From Hydrurus foetidus (taxonomy: Eukaryota): a stretch of 64,000 bases of DNA. The DNA is taken from positions 1,550,001 to 1,614,000 of the forward strand of contig UYFQ01000001.1 in the NCBI GenBank assembly GCA_900617105.1, in the 5' to 3' direction. A program made the position numbers and the translations under genes. The notes under the pieces are model-generated. The model was not told the DNA's origin. It did not search any database and worked only from the letters and a program-made list of their open reading frames with translations. Of this stretch, positions 48,930 to 59,051 are shown piece after piece. The stretch's first letter is position 1; the number at the start of each line of letters is the position of its first letter.

Positions 48930-49934
48930 TTATTTGGCGACGAATCCGGCTTCTTGCATCAGAAGGCGGTGGCGAATTTCTTCGCCGGCTACCCAGCGCG
49001 CAAACTCAGCGCCCTCCATAAACGTTTGGTTAAAAGCGCCCTCGTCCATGAACTTTTTCCACTCTGCAGTGGCACGCACTTTCTTCATCAATTCGACGTA
49101 GTAAGCGGTCTGCTCTGGGGTCACGCCGGGGGCCATGAAGATGCCGCGCAGCATCAGGTATTCCACATCCAGGCCGCCTTCTTTGCAGGTGGGAATGTCT
49201 GACCATGCTTTGTCAGCAATTTTGTCTTTGTACGTGAGGCGCTTGCCGTCGAAAACACACAGGGGCCGCAACTTGCCGCCGCGCCACTGAGCTACTGCTT
49301 CAATCGGGTTGTTCACCGTCGAGTCGACGTGCTTGCCTACCAGCTGCACAGCCACTTCGCCGCCGCCTTTGTAGGGTACGTAAATGAATTTGTTGCCACT
49401 GGACTTTTCAATCAGCGCAGTGATGATCTGGTCTTCTTGTTTTGAGCCAGTGCCACCCATTTTGAGTTTGCCGCCCGATGCCTTGACGGCTGCCATGTAC
49501 TCTTGCGTCGTTTTGTACGGCGTTTCGGCATTGACCCACAGCACAAATTCATCAAGCGCCAACATAGACACCGGCGTCATGTCTTTCCAGCTGAACGGCA
49601 CACCCGTGGCCAGTGGCGTAGTGAACATATTCGACAAGGTAATCACAATCTTGTGCGGGTCACCTTTGGCGTTTTTAATCTCTAAAAACCCCTCCGCACC
49701 CGCGCCACCGCCTTTGTTGACAACCACCATCGCCGTCTTCATCAAGTTGTTTTTGGTGATGATGCCTTGAATCAACCGCGCCATTTGGTCAGCCCCGCCA
49801 CCGGTACCCGCAGGCACAACAAACTCAACGTTTTTCGTCGGCTGCCAAGTGGCAGCTTGCGCCGCTCCTGCAACAACCAAAGCTACACTGACAATGGATT
49901 TTGTTGCGAGGTTTAAAAAAGAATTGAAGCGCAT
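48930..49934 (-). CDS. tctC: Tripartite tricarboxylate transporter binding protein (Bug family)
   Basis: VPAGTGGGAD, NKGGGAG, VPYKGGGE. Confidence 0.92.
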   Translation of the reverse strand: MRFNSFLNLATKSIVSVALVVAGAAQAATWQPTKNVEFVVPAGTGGGADQMARLIQGIITKNNLMKTAMVVVNKGGGAGAEGFLEIKNAKGDPHKIVITLSNMFTTPLATGVPFSWKDMTPVSMLALDEFVLWVNAETPYKTTQEYMAAVKASGGKLKMGGTGSKQEDQIITALIEKSSGNKFIYVPYKGGGEVAVQLVGKHVDSTVNNPIEAVAQWRGGKLRPLCVFDGKRLTYKDKIADKAWSDIPTCKEGGLDVEYLMLRGIFMAPGVTPEQTAYYVELMKKVRATAEWKKFMDEGAFNQTFMEGAEFARWVAGEEIRHRLLMQEAGFVAK

Positions 49935-50047
49935 GAACAGCCTCCTGTACGTTTAAAAAGGGCGACGAGGTAAAAAAACTAATTTCAGTTTAACTGCCCA
50001 GTCCAAAAAAATACCCCATGGTCTCCGGGTGAAAACCCGCGCAAAGT

Positions 50048-50872
50048 GTGCTTTACGTGTCAATCGAACCCCTACTTATTTTTGAATTAGCGTTGCTCGG
50101 CGTGTGCAGCGGATTTATGGCGGGTTTGCTTGGCATAGGCGGCGGCATGATGATGGTGCCGTTTATTACCTTCATCATGTCCCACCGCGGTGTAGCGCCT
50201 GACCTGGCCGTAAAAATGGCCATTGCCACCTCAATGGCGACCATCATGTTCACCTCTGTTTCAAGCGTTTGGGCGCACCACCGGCAAGGAGCAGTGCGCT
50301 GGGACATCGTTAGACGACTTGCGCCCGGGGTTGTGGCCGGCAGCCTGCTAGGCAGCTTAGGCGTATTTGCGCTGATCAAAGGCGCTTACCTTGCGATCTT
50401 CTTTGGACTTTTCGTTGGCTTTTCTGCAACCCAAATGTTTCTTAACAAAAGGCCTGAGCCAACACGGCAGTTACCCGGCACCTACGGCCTGCTGGCGGCT
50501 GGGGGCTTGATAGGCTTTTTATCCGGGTTGGTAGGTGCAGGTGGCGCTTTCATCAGCGTGCCTTTTATGACCCGCTGCAATGTGGCGATTCGCAGCGCGG
50601 TCGCCACCTCGGCGGCAATCGGCTTTCCGGTAGCTGCGGCAAATGCTGCAGGCTACATCGTAAGCGGCTGGACGTTGGGCAACCTACCAGAAGGCGCATT
50701 TGGCTATGTTTGGCTGCCAGCATTGCTCATCATTGCCCTGTGCAGCTTTTTAACTGCGCCGCTGGGGGCCAAGGCATCACACACGTTGCCGGTGGGCGGC
50801 CTTCGGCGCATTTTTGCAAGTATGTTGTATGCGCTGGCTTTTTATATGCTTTACAAAGGTCTGACAGGTTAG
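50048..50872 (+). CDS. TauE/SafE family membrane protein
   Basis: Duplicated GLLGIGGG / GLVGAGG motifs, hydrophobic. Confidence 0.88.
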   Translation: MLYVSIEPLLIFELALLGVCSGFMAGLLGIGGGMMMVPFITFIMSHRGVAPDLAVKMAIATSMATIMFTSVSSVWAHHRQGAVRWDIVRRLAPGVVAGSLLGSLGVFALIKGAYLAIFFGLFVGFSATQMFLNKRPEPTRQLPGTYGLLAAGGLIGFLSGLVGAGGAFISVPFMTRCNVAIRSAVATSAAIGFPVAAANAAGYIVSGWTLGNLPEGAFGYVWLPALLIIALCSFLTAPLGAKASHTLPVGGLRRIFASMLYALAFYMLYKGLTG

Positions 50873-51381
50873 CTAAAAGTCGGCGCGGGCATCACCACCA
50901 TTCCGTCGGCATCGGCATACAGCCAATCACCCGGACTGATTCGCACGCCTTGTATTTGAACGGTCACGTCGCACTGCCCGGCGCCCAGCTTATCAGTCGG
51001 CAAAGGGACAGCCGCCAGCGCGCGTATGCCAACGCTGCACTGCGCCAGCTCGGCCACATCGCGCACGCAACCATCAACGACCACGCCGGCCCAGCCATTT
51101 TTTGCCGCAGCCGCACCCAGGTTGCCGCCCAACAAAGCGCGGCGAAGCGACGCACCGCCGTCGACCACCAGCACCCGTCCCTTTCCGGCGGTTTCAACGG
51201 CAGCTTTGACCAGCGAGTTGTCTTCAAAACACTTCACGGTAGCTACTTCACCGCTGAATTTCTGCAGGCCACCGAAATCTTTAAACACAGCCGCAAGCAC
51301 CCTGAAGCGGCCTGACAAATCATTTTTATGAGCGTCGCATAAGTCAAAGGTTGCAAATTTCAGCGGAACATCTTGAGCCAT
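50869..51381 (-). CDS. rraA: RraA family protein (HMG aldolase-like)
   Basis: DLCDA, KCFEDN, VLVVDGG, GCVRD, YADADG. Confidence 0.9.
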   Translation of the reverse strand: MAQDVPLKFATFDLCDAHKNDLSGRFRVLAAVFKDFGGLQKFSGEVATVKCFEDNSLVKAAVETAGKGRVLVVDGGASLRRALLGGNLGAAAAKNGWAGVVVDGCVRDVAELAQCSVGIRALAAVPLPTDKLGAGQCDVTVQIQGVRISPGDWLYADADGMVVMPAPTFS

Positions 51382-51598
51382 TGCTATGCCTTTTGTCAGA
51401 AGAAGCTTGCTATTTTCTGCTCTTAAAGAGGTAGCAAGAGATAAGATTTTGCTGGTTAGAGGCAAATATGCATCAGAAACGGCCTAAAAAGCAGTTTCCC
51501 CCTATGAAAATAGCGTTTTCTCCAGTAGCATCCGCAATGCCGCGAGGAAGTAGTTATCTCACGCGGTGATTTAACAACTTCTAGAAGGAAAATCAATC

Positions 51599-52042
51599 AT
51601 GGCAACTGCAAAAAAAGCACCGGCTAAAAAAGCGCCTGCAAAAAAGGCTGCTCCGGCAAAGAAAGTAGCTGCGAAGAAAGCAGCTCCAGCGAAAAAGGTA
51701 GCCGCTAAAAAGGCAGCTCCTGCCAAGAAGGTAGCCGCTAAAAAAGCAGCACCGGCGAAAAAAGCAGCCGTTAAAGCGGCGCCTGCTAAAAAACGCACCC
51801 CGAACGCAGCGTTCATGAAGGCATTGACACTGAGCCCGGCTTTGGCCGCAGTGTTGGGCGACAAGCCACTGCCGCGCACTGAGATTGTCAGCAAGCTGTG
51901 GGTCTACATCAAGGCCAACAAGCTGCAAGACAGCATCAACAAGCGCATGATCAACGCCGACGCCAAGCTCAAAGCCGTCTTCGGCAAAGCCCAAGTGTCG
52001 ATGTTCGAGATGGCCGGCCTGATCGGTAAGCACGTCAAGTAA
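51599..52042 (+). CDS. SWIB/MDM2-domain protein with histone-H1-like Ala/Lys/Pro N-terminus
   Basis: AAPAKKVAAKK repeats then PRTEIVSKLWVYIK..LQD. Confidence 0.9.
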   Translation: MATAKKAPAKKAPAKKAAPAKKVAAKKAAPAKKVAAKKAAPAKKVAAKKAAPAKKAAVKAAPAKKRTPNAAFMKALTLSPALAAVLGDKPLPRTEIVSKLWVYIKANKLQDSINKRMINADAKLKAVFGKAQVSMFEMAGLIGKHVK

Positions 52043-52063
52043 TCTGCTTTAGAGCTAGAGACT

Positions 52064-52091
52064 AAAAAGCCGGCAAAAGCCGGCTTTTTTT
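52064..52091. terminator. Bidirectional terminator
   Basis: aaaaagccggc-aaaa-gccggcttttttt. Confidence 0.85.
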
Positions 52092-52113
52092 ATGGTTTTC
52101 AGGCATGCTTTAA

Positions 52114-52162
52114 GGCTGACGCCCAATGAATACGGGCGCGAGAAGCTATGAATTTAATAGTA
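52114..52162 (-). repeat. 49-bp dispersed motif, copy 12 (intergenic)
   Basis: revcomp tactat-taaattc-atagc-ttct-cgcgcc-cgtattcatt-gggcgtcagcc. Confidence 0.88.
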
Positions 52163-52193
52163 AATTTTAACGCCATTAATCACAATTCAACGG

Positions 52194-52496
52194 CTAAAAC
52201 TTCTGCGGCCGCATCACCTCAATGTTAGAGAAAAACAAACTCACACCGTAGTTGCTGGCGTATTGCTCAATGACGTGGCTGGCCATCGCGTCGGCCACCA
52301 GCTCATCGCAAATGATCTTCATCTCTATCATGCGGTCAGCATCCCAATTGCCCTCATGCGTGGCGTACTGTGAGCCGCCGCGCACGTCGTACACGGTGTA
52401 GCCCTGCGCACCCAGCCGCTTGGCATCCAGGATCAGTGACTTTTCCAGCACGGCCTCGGTAATGATGACGAGTAGTTTTTTTTGATGTTTAAGCAT
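52194..52496 (-). CDS. sbtB: PII-like protein SbtB
   Basis: IITEAVLE, GAQGYT..VRGG, RPQKF; downstream of sbtA. Confidence 0.82.
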   Translation of the reverse strand: MLKHQKKLLVIITEAVLEKSLILDAKRLGAQGYTVYDVRGGSQYATHEGNWDADRMIEMKIICDELVADAMASHVIEQYASNYGVSLFFSNIEVMRPQKF

Positions 52497-52533
52497 GGTT
52501 CATGTCTCTAATGTCTCTATTCATCAGGCCGAC

Positions 52534-53493
52534 TCAACCGAGGAATTGGGCCAGCTTCAAATACAGCGGTATGCCCAGCAGCACGTTAAATGGAAAAGTA
52601 ATGCCCAAAGCTGCCGTGATTGACAACGCAGCATTGGCCTGCGGCACGGCAATACGCATGGCAGTAGGCGCGGCAATGTAGCTGGCGCTGGCGGCCAACG
52701 CCGCCATGATGGCGATGCCGCCAGTGCTCAACCCCAGCGCCTTGCCGCCAAGAGCTCCCAGTACGGCCAAGCCTAGGGGTGCCACTAACGCGAACGCTAT
52801 CAATTTAACCCCGTAGCGTTTGAGCTCGCCCAACCTGCCCCCGGCAACTAGCCCCAGCTCTAGTAAAAACAGCGCCAGCACGCCTTTGAAGAGCACCGTG
52901 AACAGCGGCGCAATCGGTGCGGTGCCCGTCTCACCCATGAACGTGCCAATTGCCAGCCCACCGACCAGCAAAAAAACCGACTTGCCCAAGAAAACGTCAT
53001 GCGCCAAAGCGCGCCACGCAAAGCCAGTTTTAGTGCCGCTGGGGTTGCCCTGCTTTTTTTCAAACCAGCGCGCCAGGGCAATGCCGGTAACGATTCCTGG
53101 CGCTTCCAGCAGCGCCACCCACAAAGCTGCGTGCGCTTCAAACTCGATGTTGCGATGCGTCAGGTAAGCACTGGCCACAGCGAAGGTAACCACGCTTACC
53201 GAGCCGTAATGCGCTGCGACTGAGGCCGCATCGAACCCGTTGAGCCCGACCAAACGACGCAGCAGGGGGTAGAGCAACACCGGGATCATCAATCCCAGAC
53301 TCAAGCAAAAAAGCATCTGCGGCACAACTGCGCTCAGGCTTTGTTTTGACAACTCGACCCCGCCCTTTAAGCCGATGGCGAGCAACAGGTAAATTGATAG
53401 GGTTTCGTATAGAACCCCGGGCAAAGCCAAGTCGCTTTTCACCAACCGCGCTAGCAGGCCGAGTAAAAAGAACAAAACAACAACATCAATCAT
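52534..53493 (-). CDS. sbtA: Sodium-dependent bicarbonate transporter family
   Basis: KSDL, YLLLAIGLKGG, HYGSVSVVTF, SASYIAAP, TFPFN. Confidence 0.88.
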   Translation of the reverse strand: MIDVVVLFFLLGLLARLVKSDLALPGVLYETLSIYLLLAIGLKGGVELSKQSLSAVVPQMLFCLSLGLMIPVLLYPLLRRLVGLNGFDAASVAAHYGSVSVVTFAVASAYLTHRNIEFEAHAALWVALLEAPGIVTGIALARWFEKKQGNPSGTKTGFAWRALAHDVFLGKSVFLLVGGLAIGTFMGETGTAPIAPLFTVLFKGVLALFLLELGLVAGGRLGELKRYGVKLIAFALVAPLGLAVLGALGGKALGLSTGGIAIMAALAASASYIAAPTAMRIAVPQANAALSITAALGITFPFNVLLGIPLYLKLAQFLG

Positions 53494-53540
53494 TCAAAAG
53501 ACTTTGTATTAATTTTTAAAATTGTCGACGCCGGCACAAG

Positions 53541-55235
53541 CTAGGACTTGGTTTGCAACGCATTGCGGGTAATCGCAGACAGGGTGGTTCGAGTGGTGAT
53601 GACTTCTTCGTCCAGCATCACTTCAATCAGTGTGCCTTCAGGGCGAGCAAGCGCTGCCAGAAGCTGACCCTCAAATTCGGCGGTGCGGGTAATTCGCACG
53701 CCCGCATAGCCGTAGGCGCGGGCCAGCGCAGCAAAGTCGGGGTTTTGCAAATATGAACCGCTGGAGTGCGTTGGGTACTCGCGCTCCTGGTGCATGCGAA
53801 TCGTGCCGTACATGCCGTTGTTCAGCAACACAATGATGGTTTTGGCACCGTGTTGCACGGCGGTGGCCAGCTCTTGGCCGTTCATTAAAAAGTCGCCGTC
53901 ACCAGCCATCGTCAACACCACGCGCCCAGTAGTAATGGCTGCGGCAATGCCCGCCGGTACGCCGTAGCCCATCGCACCCACTGTCGGCGCAAGCTGGGTT
54001 TTGTGGCCTTTCACCAAACCGTGGTGCTTGTAAAAACGATGCATCCAACTGGCAAAGTTACCCGCGCCGTTGGTCAGTACTGCATCAGGCGGTAAATGCT
54101 TTTGCAACATGCCAACAATGGCGGGCATGTCGATGTCGCCGGGTAATTTGTTCGGCTGCAAGTTCCCCAAGTAATCGACATTCGCTTCAAGCGTCCATGC
54201 CTCCCACGGCACGCTGATGGGAGCAGTCAACACCTCAAGCGAGCGTGAAGCAGCATTCATGGTGGCGTTGATCGCCAAGTCCGCCTGATAAACACGATTC
54301 AGTTCTTCCGCACTGCTGTGAATATGCACCAGCTTTTGTTTTGGCTTGGGCGCTTCAAGCAGCGTGTAATTATTCGTCGTCATCTCACCCAAACGCGGGC
54401 CGATGGCGATGATCAAATCTGCCGCCTTAACGCGTGCCGCTAGTTTCGGGTTCAGGCCAATGCCGACATCACCTGCGTACAGCGGATGGTGATTGTCAAA
54501 GGTGTCTTGAAACCTGAAGGCATTGCCTACAGGCAAGCGCCAGTTTTCGGCAAAACGCTGCAGTGCTTGGGCGGCCAGCGGCGTCCAGCCGCCGCCGCCT
54601 GTAATAACAAAGGGTCGCTCTGACTTTAATAGCATCTCACGCAGCGTGCGCAGCGCGCCGGGGTCGCTCCAGGCTTGTACGGCTTCTACTCTGGGCAAAG
54701 GCTGCGCGGCGGTCATGCGGGTCAACATGTCCTCAGGCAGCACCAGCACCACTGGGCCCGGCCTGCCGTTCATGGCGGTGGCAAAGGCGCGTGCGATGTA
54801 TTCAGGAATGCGGTCGGCGTCGTCAATGCGCTCGACCCGCTTGGCAAAGCCTTTGGTACTGGGGCCAAAAAAGGCCTGGTAGTCAACTTCCTGGAATGCC
54901 TCGCGGTCTCGGCAATCACTGGCCACATCACCCACCAGTAGCACCATGGGGGTGGAATCTTGAAACGCCGTGTGCACGCCAATCGACGCATTGGTTGCGC
55001 CCGGCCCGCGCGTGACCATGCACACGCCCGGCCTGCCAGTCAGCTTGCCATGTGCCTCGGCCATGTAAGCCGCCCCGCCCTCTTGCCTGCAGGTGATGAA
55101 GCGAATTTGATCTTGACGCGCGTGCAGGCCATCCAGCACAGCGAGGTAACTTTCACCCGGCACGCCAAAAGCATGGGTCACGCCTTGGGCAATCAGGCAG
55201 TCAACTATAAGGTGCCCGGCGAGCTGTGCTGTCAT
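53541..55235 (-). CDS. Thiamine pyrophosphate-dependent enzyme (acetolactate synthase-like)
   Basis: GVPGESY, RQEGGA, RGPGATN, GDGDFLM..NN. Confidence 0.9.
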   Translation of the reverse strand: MTAQLAGHLIVDCLIAQGVTHAFGVPGESYLAVLDGLHARQDQIRFITCRQEGGAAYMAEAHGKLTGRPGVCMVTRGPGATNASIGVHTAFQDSTPMVLLVGDVASDCRDREAFQEVDYQAFFGPSTKGFAKRVERIDDADRIPEYIARAFATAMNGRPGPVVLVLPEDMLTRMTAAQPLPRVEAVQAWSDPGALRTLREMLLKSERPFVITGGGGWTPLAAQALQRFAENWRLPVGNAFRFQDTFDNHHPLYAGDVGIGLNPKLAARVKAADLIIAIGPRLGEMTTNNYTLLEAPKPKQKLVHIHSSAEELNRVYQADLAINATMNAASRSLEVLTAPISVPWEAWTLEANVDYLGNLQPNKLPGDIDMPAIVGMLQKHLPPDAVLTNGAGNFASWMHRFYKHHGLVKGHKTQLAPTVGAMGYGVPAGIAAAITTGRVVLTMAGDGDFLMNGQELATAVQHGAKTIIVLLNNGMYGTIRMHQEREYPTHSSGSYLQNPDFAALARAYGYAGVRITRTAEFEGQLLAALARPEGTLIEVMLDEEVITTRTTLSAITRNALQTKS

Positions 55236-55263
55236 TGGCGACGCTTGATTCTGCGGTGGGTTC

Positions 55264-55581
55264 TTATTCAGGCGTGCTGCTGTCGCCATCGTCGCCACCG
55301 GCTTCAAGTGCTTGGCGGGCCAGTTCTTCATCGCTGATGGGCGGTGCTTGTTCAAGTGCCGCCAGCTCGTCTAAAAACGCTTGTGTTGGCTGCTCGTGTT
55401 CAAGCAGTACTTCTTCAAGCTTTTGCAGGCCAGTTTCCACATGCACCGACGGTGAATGAAGCTGGGTAGGGGGCACGGGAAACTTTTCACCCAGCTCGTG
55501 CTTCAGCGCTTCTGATTTGCTTTCAACCCAGCTTGCAAAGTCACCGTCTTTCGGTGTGTCTGATGCGTTGGAATTATTCAT
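55264..55581 (-). CDS. Small acidic hypothetical protein
   Basis: 105-aa ORF with a plausible RBS, filling the gap upstream of the TPP enzyme. Confidence 0.55.
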   Translation of the reverse strand: MNNSNASDTPKDGDFASWVESKSEALKHELGEKFPVPPTQLHSPSVHVETGLQKLEEVLLEHEQPTQAFLDELAALEQAPPISDEELARQALEAGGDDGDSSTPE

Positions 55582-55708
55582 AAGTACCCCTGTTTGCGTC
55601 GTCTGATTTGAACTCGACCGGAACAAACCTTGTTCGCCTCTTGATTATGGACGCTTGCAAACCATGTCGAATCAACGCCAACAGGTCGAGCAGGAAGTGC
55701 CCCACCAA

Positions 55709-55726
55709 ACGTCACAAAACCGTCAC
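55709..55726 (+). promoter_or_regulatory. Putative Pho box
   Basis: acGTCACaaaaccGTCAC, 11-bp-spaced direct repeat upstream of a 5'-nucleotidase. Confidence 0.6.
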
Positions 55727-55780
55727 TGACGGCTTATACATTGAACCTGTCTAGCAACAAATAAATTGACACCCCCAGCA

Positions 55781-57715
55781 ATGAAAGTCATGATGATGCA
55801 AAAACCTCATTCGCCCTATTTGATTATGTGTACAAGCGCCCTTATCGCGGCAGCCGTTGTGGTGGCTTGCGGCGGCTCAGATTCATCGCCCGTAACAACA
55901 CCTGTTAGCGTCGAACCGGCGCTGTTCACTGTTAAGGTTATCGGCTTTAACGACTACCACGGCAACCTTGAGGCGGCTGGCACGTTTGGTACCAGCACCG
56001 CAGTAATTGCCGCTAACCGCCCGCCTGTCGGTGGCGCAGATTTCCTTGCTGCGCATGTGGCGGCGTTAAAAAAGCAAAACCCTTTAAATGTGGTGGTCGG
56101 CGCAGGTGACTTGATCGGCGCGACGCCGCTGATTTCATCGCTTTTTTCAGACGAACCATCAGTTGAAACGCTAAACCTCATTGGTCTTGAGTTTTCATCT
56201 GTGGGCAACCACGAATTTGACAAAGGCTCGGCTGAATTGTTGCGCCTTCAAAATGGCGGCTGCAAACAAACTGCTGGCGCAGCAGACCCAAACAGCTGCA
56301 AGGGCGCAGCTGTCGGTACGCCAGTGCCTTTTGAGGGTGCTAAATTCAAATGGCTTTCAGCCAACGTGGTGCAGACGTCCACCGGAAAAACGCTGCTGCC
56401 CGCCTACGGTGTCAAAACTTTTAATGGCGTGAAAATGGCTTTTATTGGCATGACATTAAAGGCAACGCCAAGCATCGTGACCCCAACTGGCGTTGCCGGG
56501 CTGGAGTTCAAAGATGAAGTTGCCACGGTAAATGCACTGATTCCCGAACTACAAGCACAAGGCATTGAAGCGATTGCCGTGTTAATTCACGAAGGCGGCA
56601 CCCAAACGGGTACGACGTTTGACATCAACGCCTGCGAAGGCAACATGGCCAACACAGCCATTGCCGCGATTGTCAAACAGCTCGACAACGCGGTTGACTT
56701 TGTGGTCAGCGGCCACAGCCACCAGGCCTACAACTGCCAGCTGCCCAATGCCAAAGGCCGCAGTATTTTGGTGACCAGCGCCAGCTCGCAGGGCCGGTTG
56801 TTGTCGGATATTGACGTTACCTTGAACCCAGCTACCCGCGACGTGACCGCTGCAGTGGCCACCAATCGCCTGGTGGTGCGTAACGACCCTGCAATCCTTG
56901 CTGATGCCGCTGTTGCGAAAGTCGTCAAGGGTTACAGCGACCTGATCGCGCCGATTGCCAACGTGGTCATTGGCTCAATTTCAGCGAACGTGCCCAACAC
57001 CCGAATTGACGGCGCTTGCAACAATCCAGCGGGAAATTTGATTGCCGATGCGCAGCTGGCCGCTACGCAGCCGGCCAACTTTGGTGGCTCGGTGGCCGCG
57101 TTTATTAACGGCGGCGGCGTGCGTGATGCAGGCTTTATTTTTGCAGGCAGCACAGCCGGAGAAGGCGACGGCAACGTTACCTACCGCGAAGCCTTCACGG
57201 TGCAGCCATTTGGCAACACGCTGGTTGCCATGTCACTTACCACCAGCAACATCAAAGATTTTCTGGAAGAACAGTTTGCCGGTTGCCTCGGGCAAGCCGC
57301 TGACCGCACGCGTTTTGCACTGCCCTCTGCCGGATTTAAGTACACGTGGGATGGCACCAAATCGTGCGGCGCCCGCATCAGCAACGTGACGGTTCGCACC
57401 GCTTCGGGTGTTGAAACCTTGGTCGATGCATCAGGGGTGGTACAAAACCCAACCAAAAGCTACCGCATCACGGTGAACAACTTTATGGCCGACGGCGGCG
57501 ACGGCTACAAAACTCTTATAAAAGGCACATCGCGTTTGGGTGGCTCGCAAGACATTGACGCACTGACAGCTTATTTTTCCGGCAACTTCAAAGCGCCCAA
57601 GCCTGCTTACATGCCTGGCCTGAACAGCAACACGCTTGACGACGGCACAGCGCGCATTAACCGCGTGGGCAAGGTCAGCACTGTTTGCCCGGGCGGCGCC
57701 GACGTGAACCCGTAA
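55781..57715 (+). CDS. Bifunctional metallophosphatase/5'-nucleotidase lipoprotein
   Basis: Lipobox VACG, NDYHG, AGD, GNHEFD, SGHSH, QPFGN; start uncertain. Confidence 0.92.
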   Translation: MKVMMMQKPHSPYLIMCTSALIAAAVVVACGGSDSSPVTTPVSVEPALFTVKVIGFNDYHGNLEAAGTFGTSTAVIAANRPPVGGADFLAAHVAALKKQNPLNVVVGAGDLIGATPLISSLFSDEPSVETLNLIGLEFSSVGNHEFDKGSAELLRLQNGGCKQTAGAADPNSCKGAAVGTPVPFEGAKFKWLSANVVQTSTGKTLLPAYGVKTFNGVKMAFIGMTLKATPSIVTPTGVAGLEFKDEVATVNALIPELQAQGIEAIAVLIHEGGTQTGTTFDINACEGNMANTAIAAIVKQLDNAVDFVVSGHSHQAYNCQLPNAKGRSILVTSASSQGRLLSDIDVTLNPATRDVTAAVATNRLVVRNDPAILADAAVAKVVKGYSDLIAPIANVVIGSISANVPNTRIDGACNNPAGNLIADAQLAATQPANFGGSVAAFINGGGVRDAGFIFAGSTAGEGDGNVTYREAFTVQPFGNTLVAMSLTTSNIKDFLEEQFAGCLGQAADRTRFALPSAGFKYTWDGTKSCGARISNVTVRTASGVETLVDASGVVQNPTKSYRITVNNFMADGGDGYKTLIKGTSRLGGSQDIDALTAYFSGNFKAPKPAYMPGLNSNTLDDGTARINRVGKVSTVCPGGADVNP

Positions 57716-57746
57716 CCCAATATGGCCTTGCATTGAAAGCCAAAGA

Positions 57747-59015
57747 TTGATAGCGCAATTCACAATGTTGTTGCTGGCGGCAACAGCGATAACTGCGAAC
57801 GGCCAAGCAACCACCAGCGACGAAAAACTTCGGCTGTTGATGGAGCGAAGCAGCAAGCAAGCGACTGGGAGTTCGCCAGTACAGTCAGCGGCGGGGTTGC
57901 CCCCTGAACGATTAAAAGAACGTGCTGAGCTGCTTGTCAAAGGTGAGCTTGACCTGGCCAATCTTCATGTGGACGCCGCTCAACAAGCGTTTGAAAAAGC
58001 AGCTCTAATTCTGCACGCGGCAGACTCTGAAATGGCACTGGTGCGAAGCTACATGCAGGCAGGCGAGTACCGTCGAGCACTCAGATTTGGCGCGCACACC
58101 GCTAGCGCCCACCTGGACGTGGTGGGTGGCACGGCGCTGTATGCGTGGCTGCTCAATGTGGGCGGCCAAGAGGCCGTTGCCAAGCGGTTGCTTGACGACA
58201 CATTGACCCGCATGCCCAACAGCGCCCTGATTAAAAGCGCACAACAACAGCTTGCCAGCGGCACGCTATTAGCAACTGGCGATTTGCTGGCGTTGCCACT
58301 CAGGCTGGCGCCATACAGCGCGTTGATCAAACTGCCCAAGGGTGCCCACATAACGTCCAGCGCCATGTTGCTGGCAGACAGCACGGGTACATCAGCATCA
58401 AGCCGCTTTGCTTTAGTGCCGTTCAAGGCAACTGCCAGCAACCAAACCCAACTGTGGCTACGCAACGGCTTGGGCCAGGTTAGCGCGGCGAAAGTTGCGC
58501 AGCGCTTGCCCAGCTTGGGCTTGGCCGTCGTACGCTTGGCAGTGCCGCTGCCGTTGCCTGATGGCCTTGCCCCCGCCATGAATGAAGCATTTCCGGGAAG
58601 CGCTGCGTACGCGGTGCAGTACCCCATAGCACCGGGCAAGCCGATGATTGACGCTGCCTGGCCACAACTGCACATTGGCTTTGTGGGCGGCATGGCAGCG
58701 CCTGCAAACGCTGACAGTCAAGACCGGCTGCTCGGCGTCAAGCTGCCCAACGAAGCGCGTGGTGGTCCGGTTTTTAACGCTGGGGGGCAATGGATTGGCG
58801 TCGCCGTTCAAGCTGATTCAGCTCAAGGCGATTTTTTAGTCACTACTGCGCAACTGGCCAAAGCCATCGGCGCTAACGCCAGCAAGTTTGGGCTGGTGTC
58901 GCGCCCTTCAGCGCCGATGGCAGGCGTATCGGCGATTGCACCCGCAACAATAGCTGCAGACCGAATCTACGAAGCCAGTCTAAAAACCGCGTTGCAGGTG
59001 ATCACCAGCCGCTGA
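57747..59015 (+). CDS. Exported protein: TPR-like helices + degenerate trypsin-like domain
   Basis: Signal peptide, helical repeat region, GGPVFNAGGQWIGV trypsin-like motif without Ser. Confidence 0.6.
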   Translation: MIAQFTMLLLAATAITANGQATTSDEKLRLLMERSSKQATGSSPVQSAAGLPPERLKERAELLVKGELDLANLHVDAAQQAFEKAALILHAADSEMALVRSYMQAGEYRRALRFGAHTASAHLDVVGGTALYAWLLNVGGQEAVAKRLLDDTLTRMPNSALIKSAQQQLASGTLLATGDLLALPLRLAPYSALIKLPKGAHITSSAMLLADSTGTSASSRFALVPFKATASNQTQLWLRNGLGQVSAAKVAQRLPSLGLAVVRLAVPLPLPDGLAPAMNEAFPGSAAYAVQYPIAPGKPMIDAAWPQLHIGFVGGMAAPANADSQDRLLGVKLPNEARGGPVFNAGGQWIGVAVQADSAQGDFLVTTAQLAKAIGANASKFGLVSRPSAPMAGVSAIAPATIAADRIYEASLKTALQVITSR

Positions 59016-59051
59016 CCTGCGAGCCTGGGGGCGCTGGCGGTGGCAATTAAA

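Noticed and set aside
50027..50038. GGGTGAAAACCC mini-palindrome in the tctC/tauE promoter region
   Set aside because: Single short occurrence; no function can be assigned from this window
51418..51470. Possible 15th, degenerate motif copy (tgctcttaaagaggtagc...ttagaggc)
   Set aside because: The central TGCTYGCGCC core is absent and the spacing is off, so it was not counted
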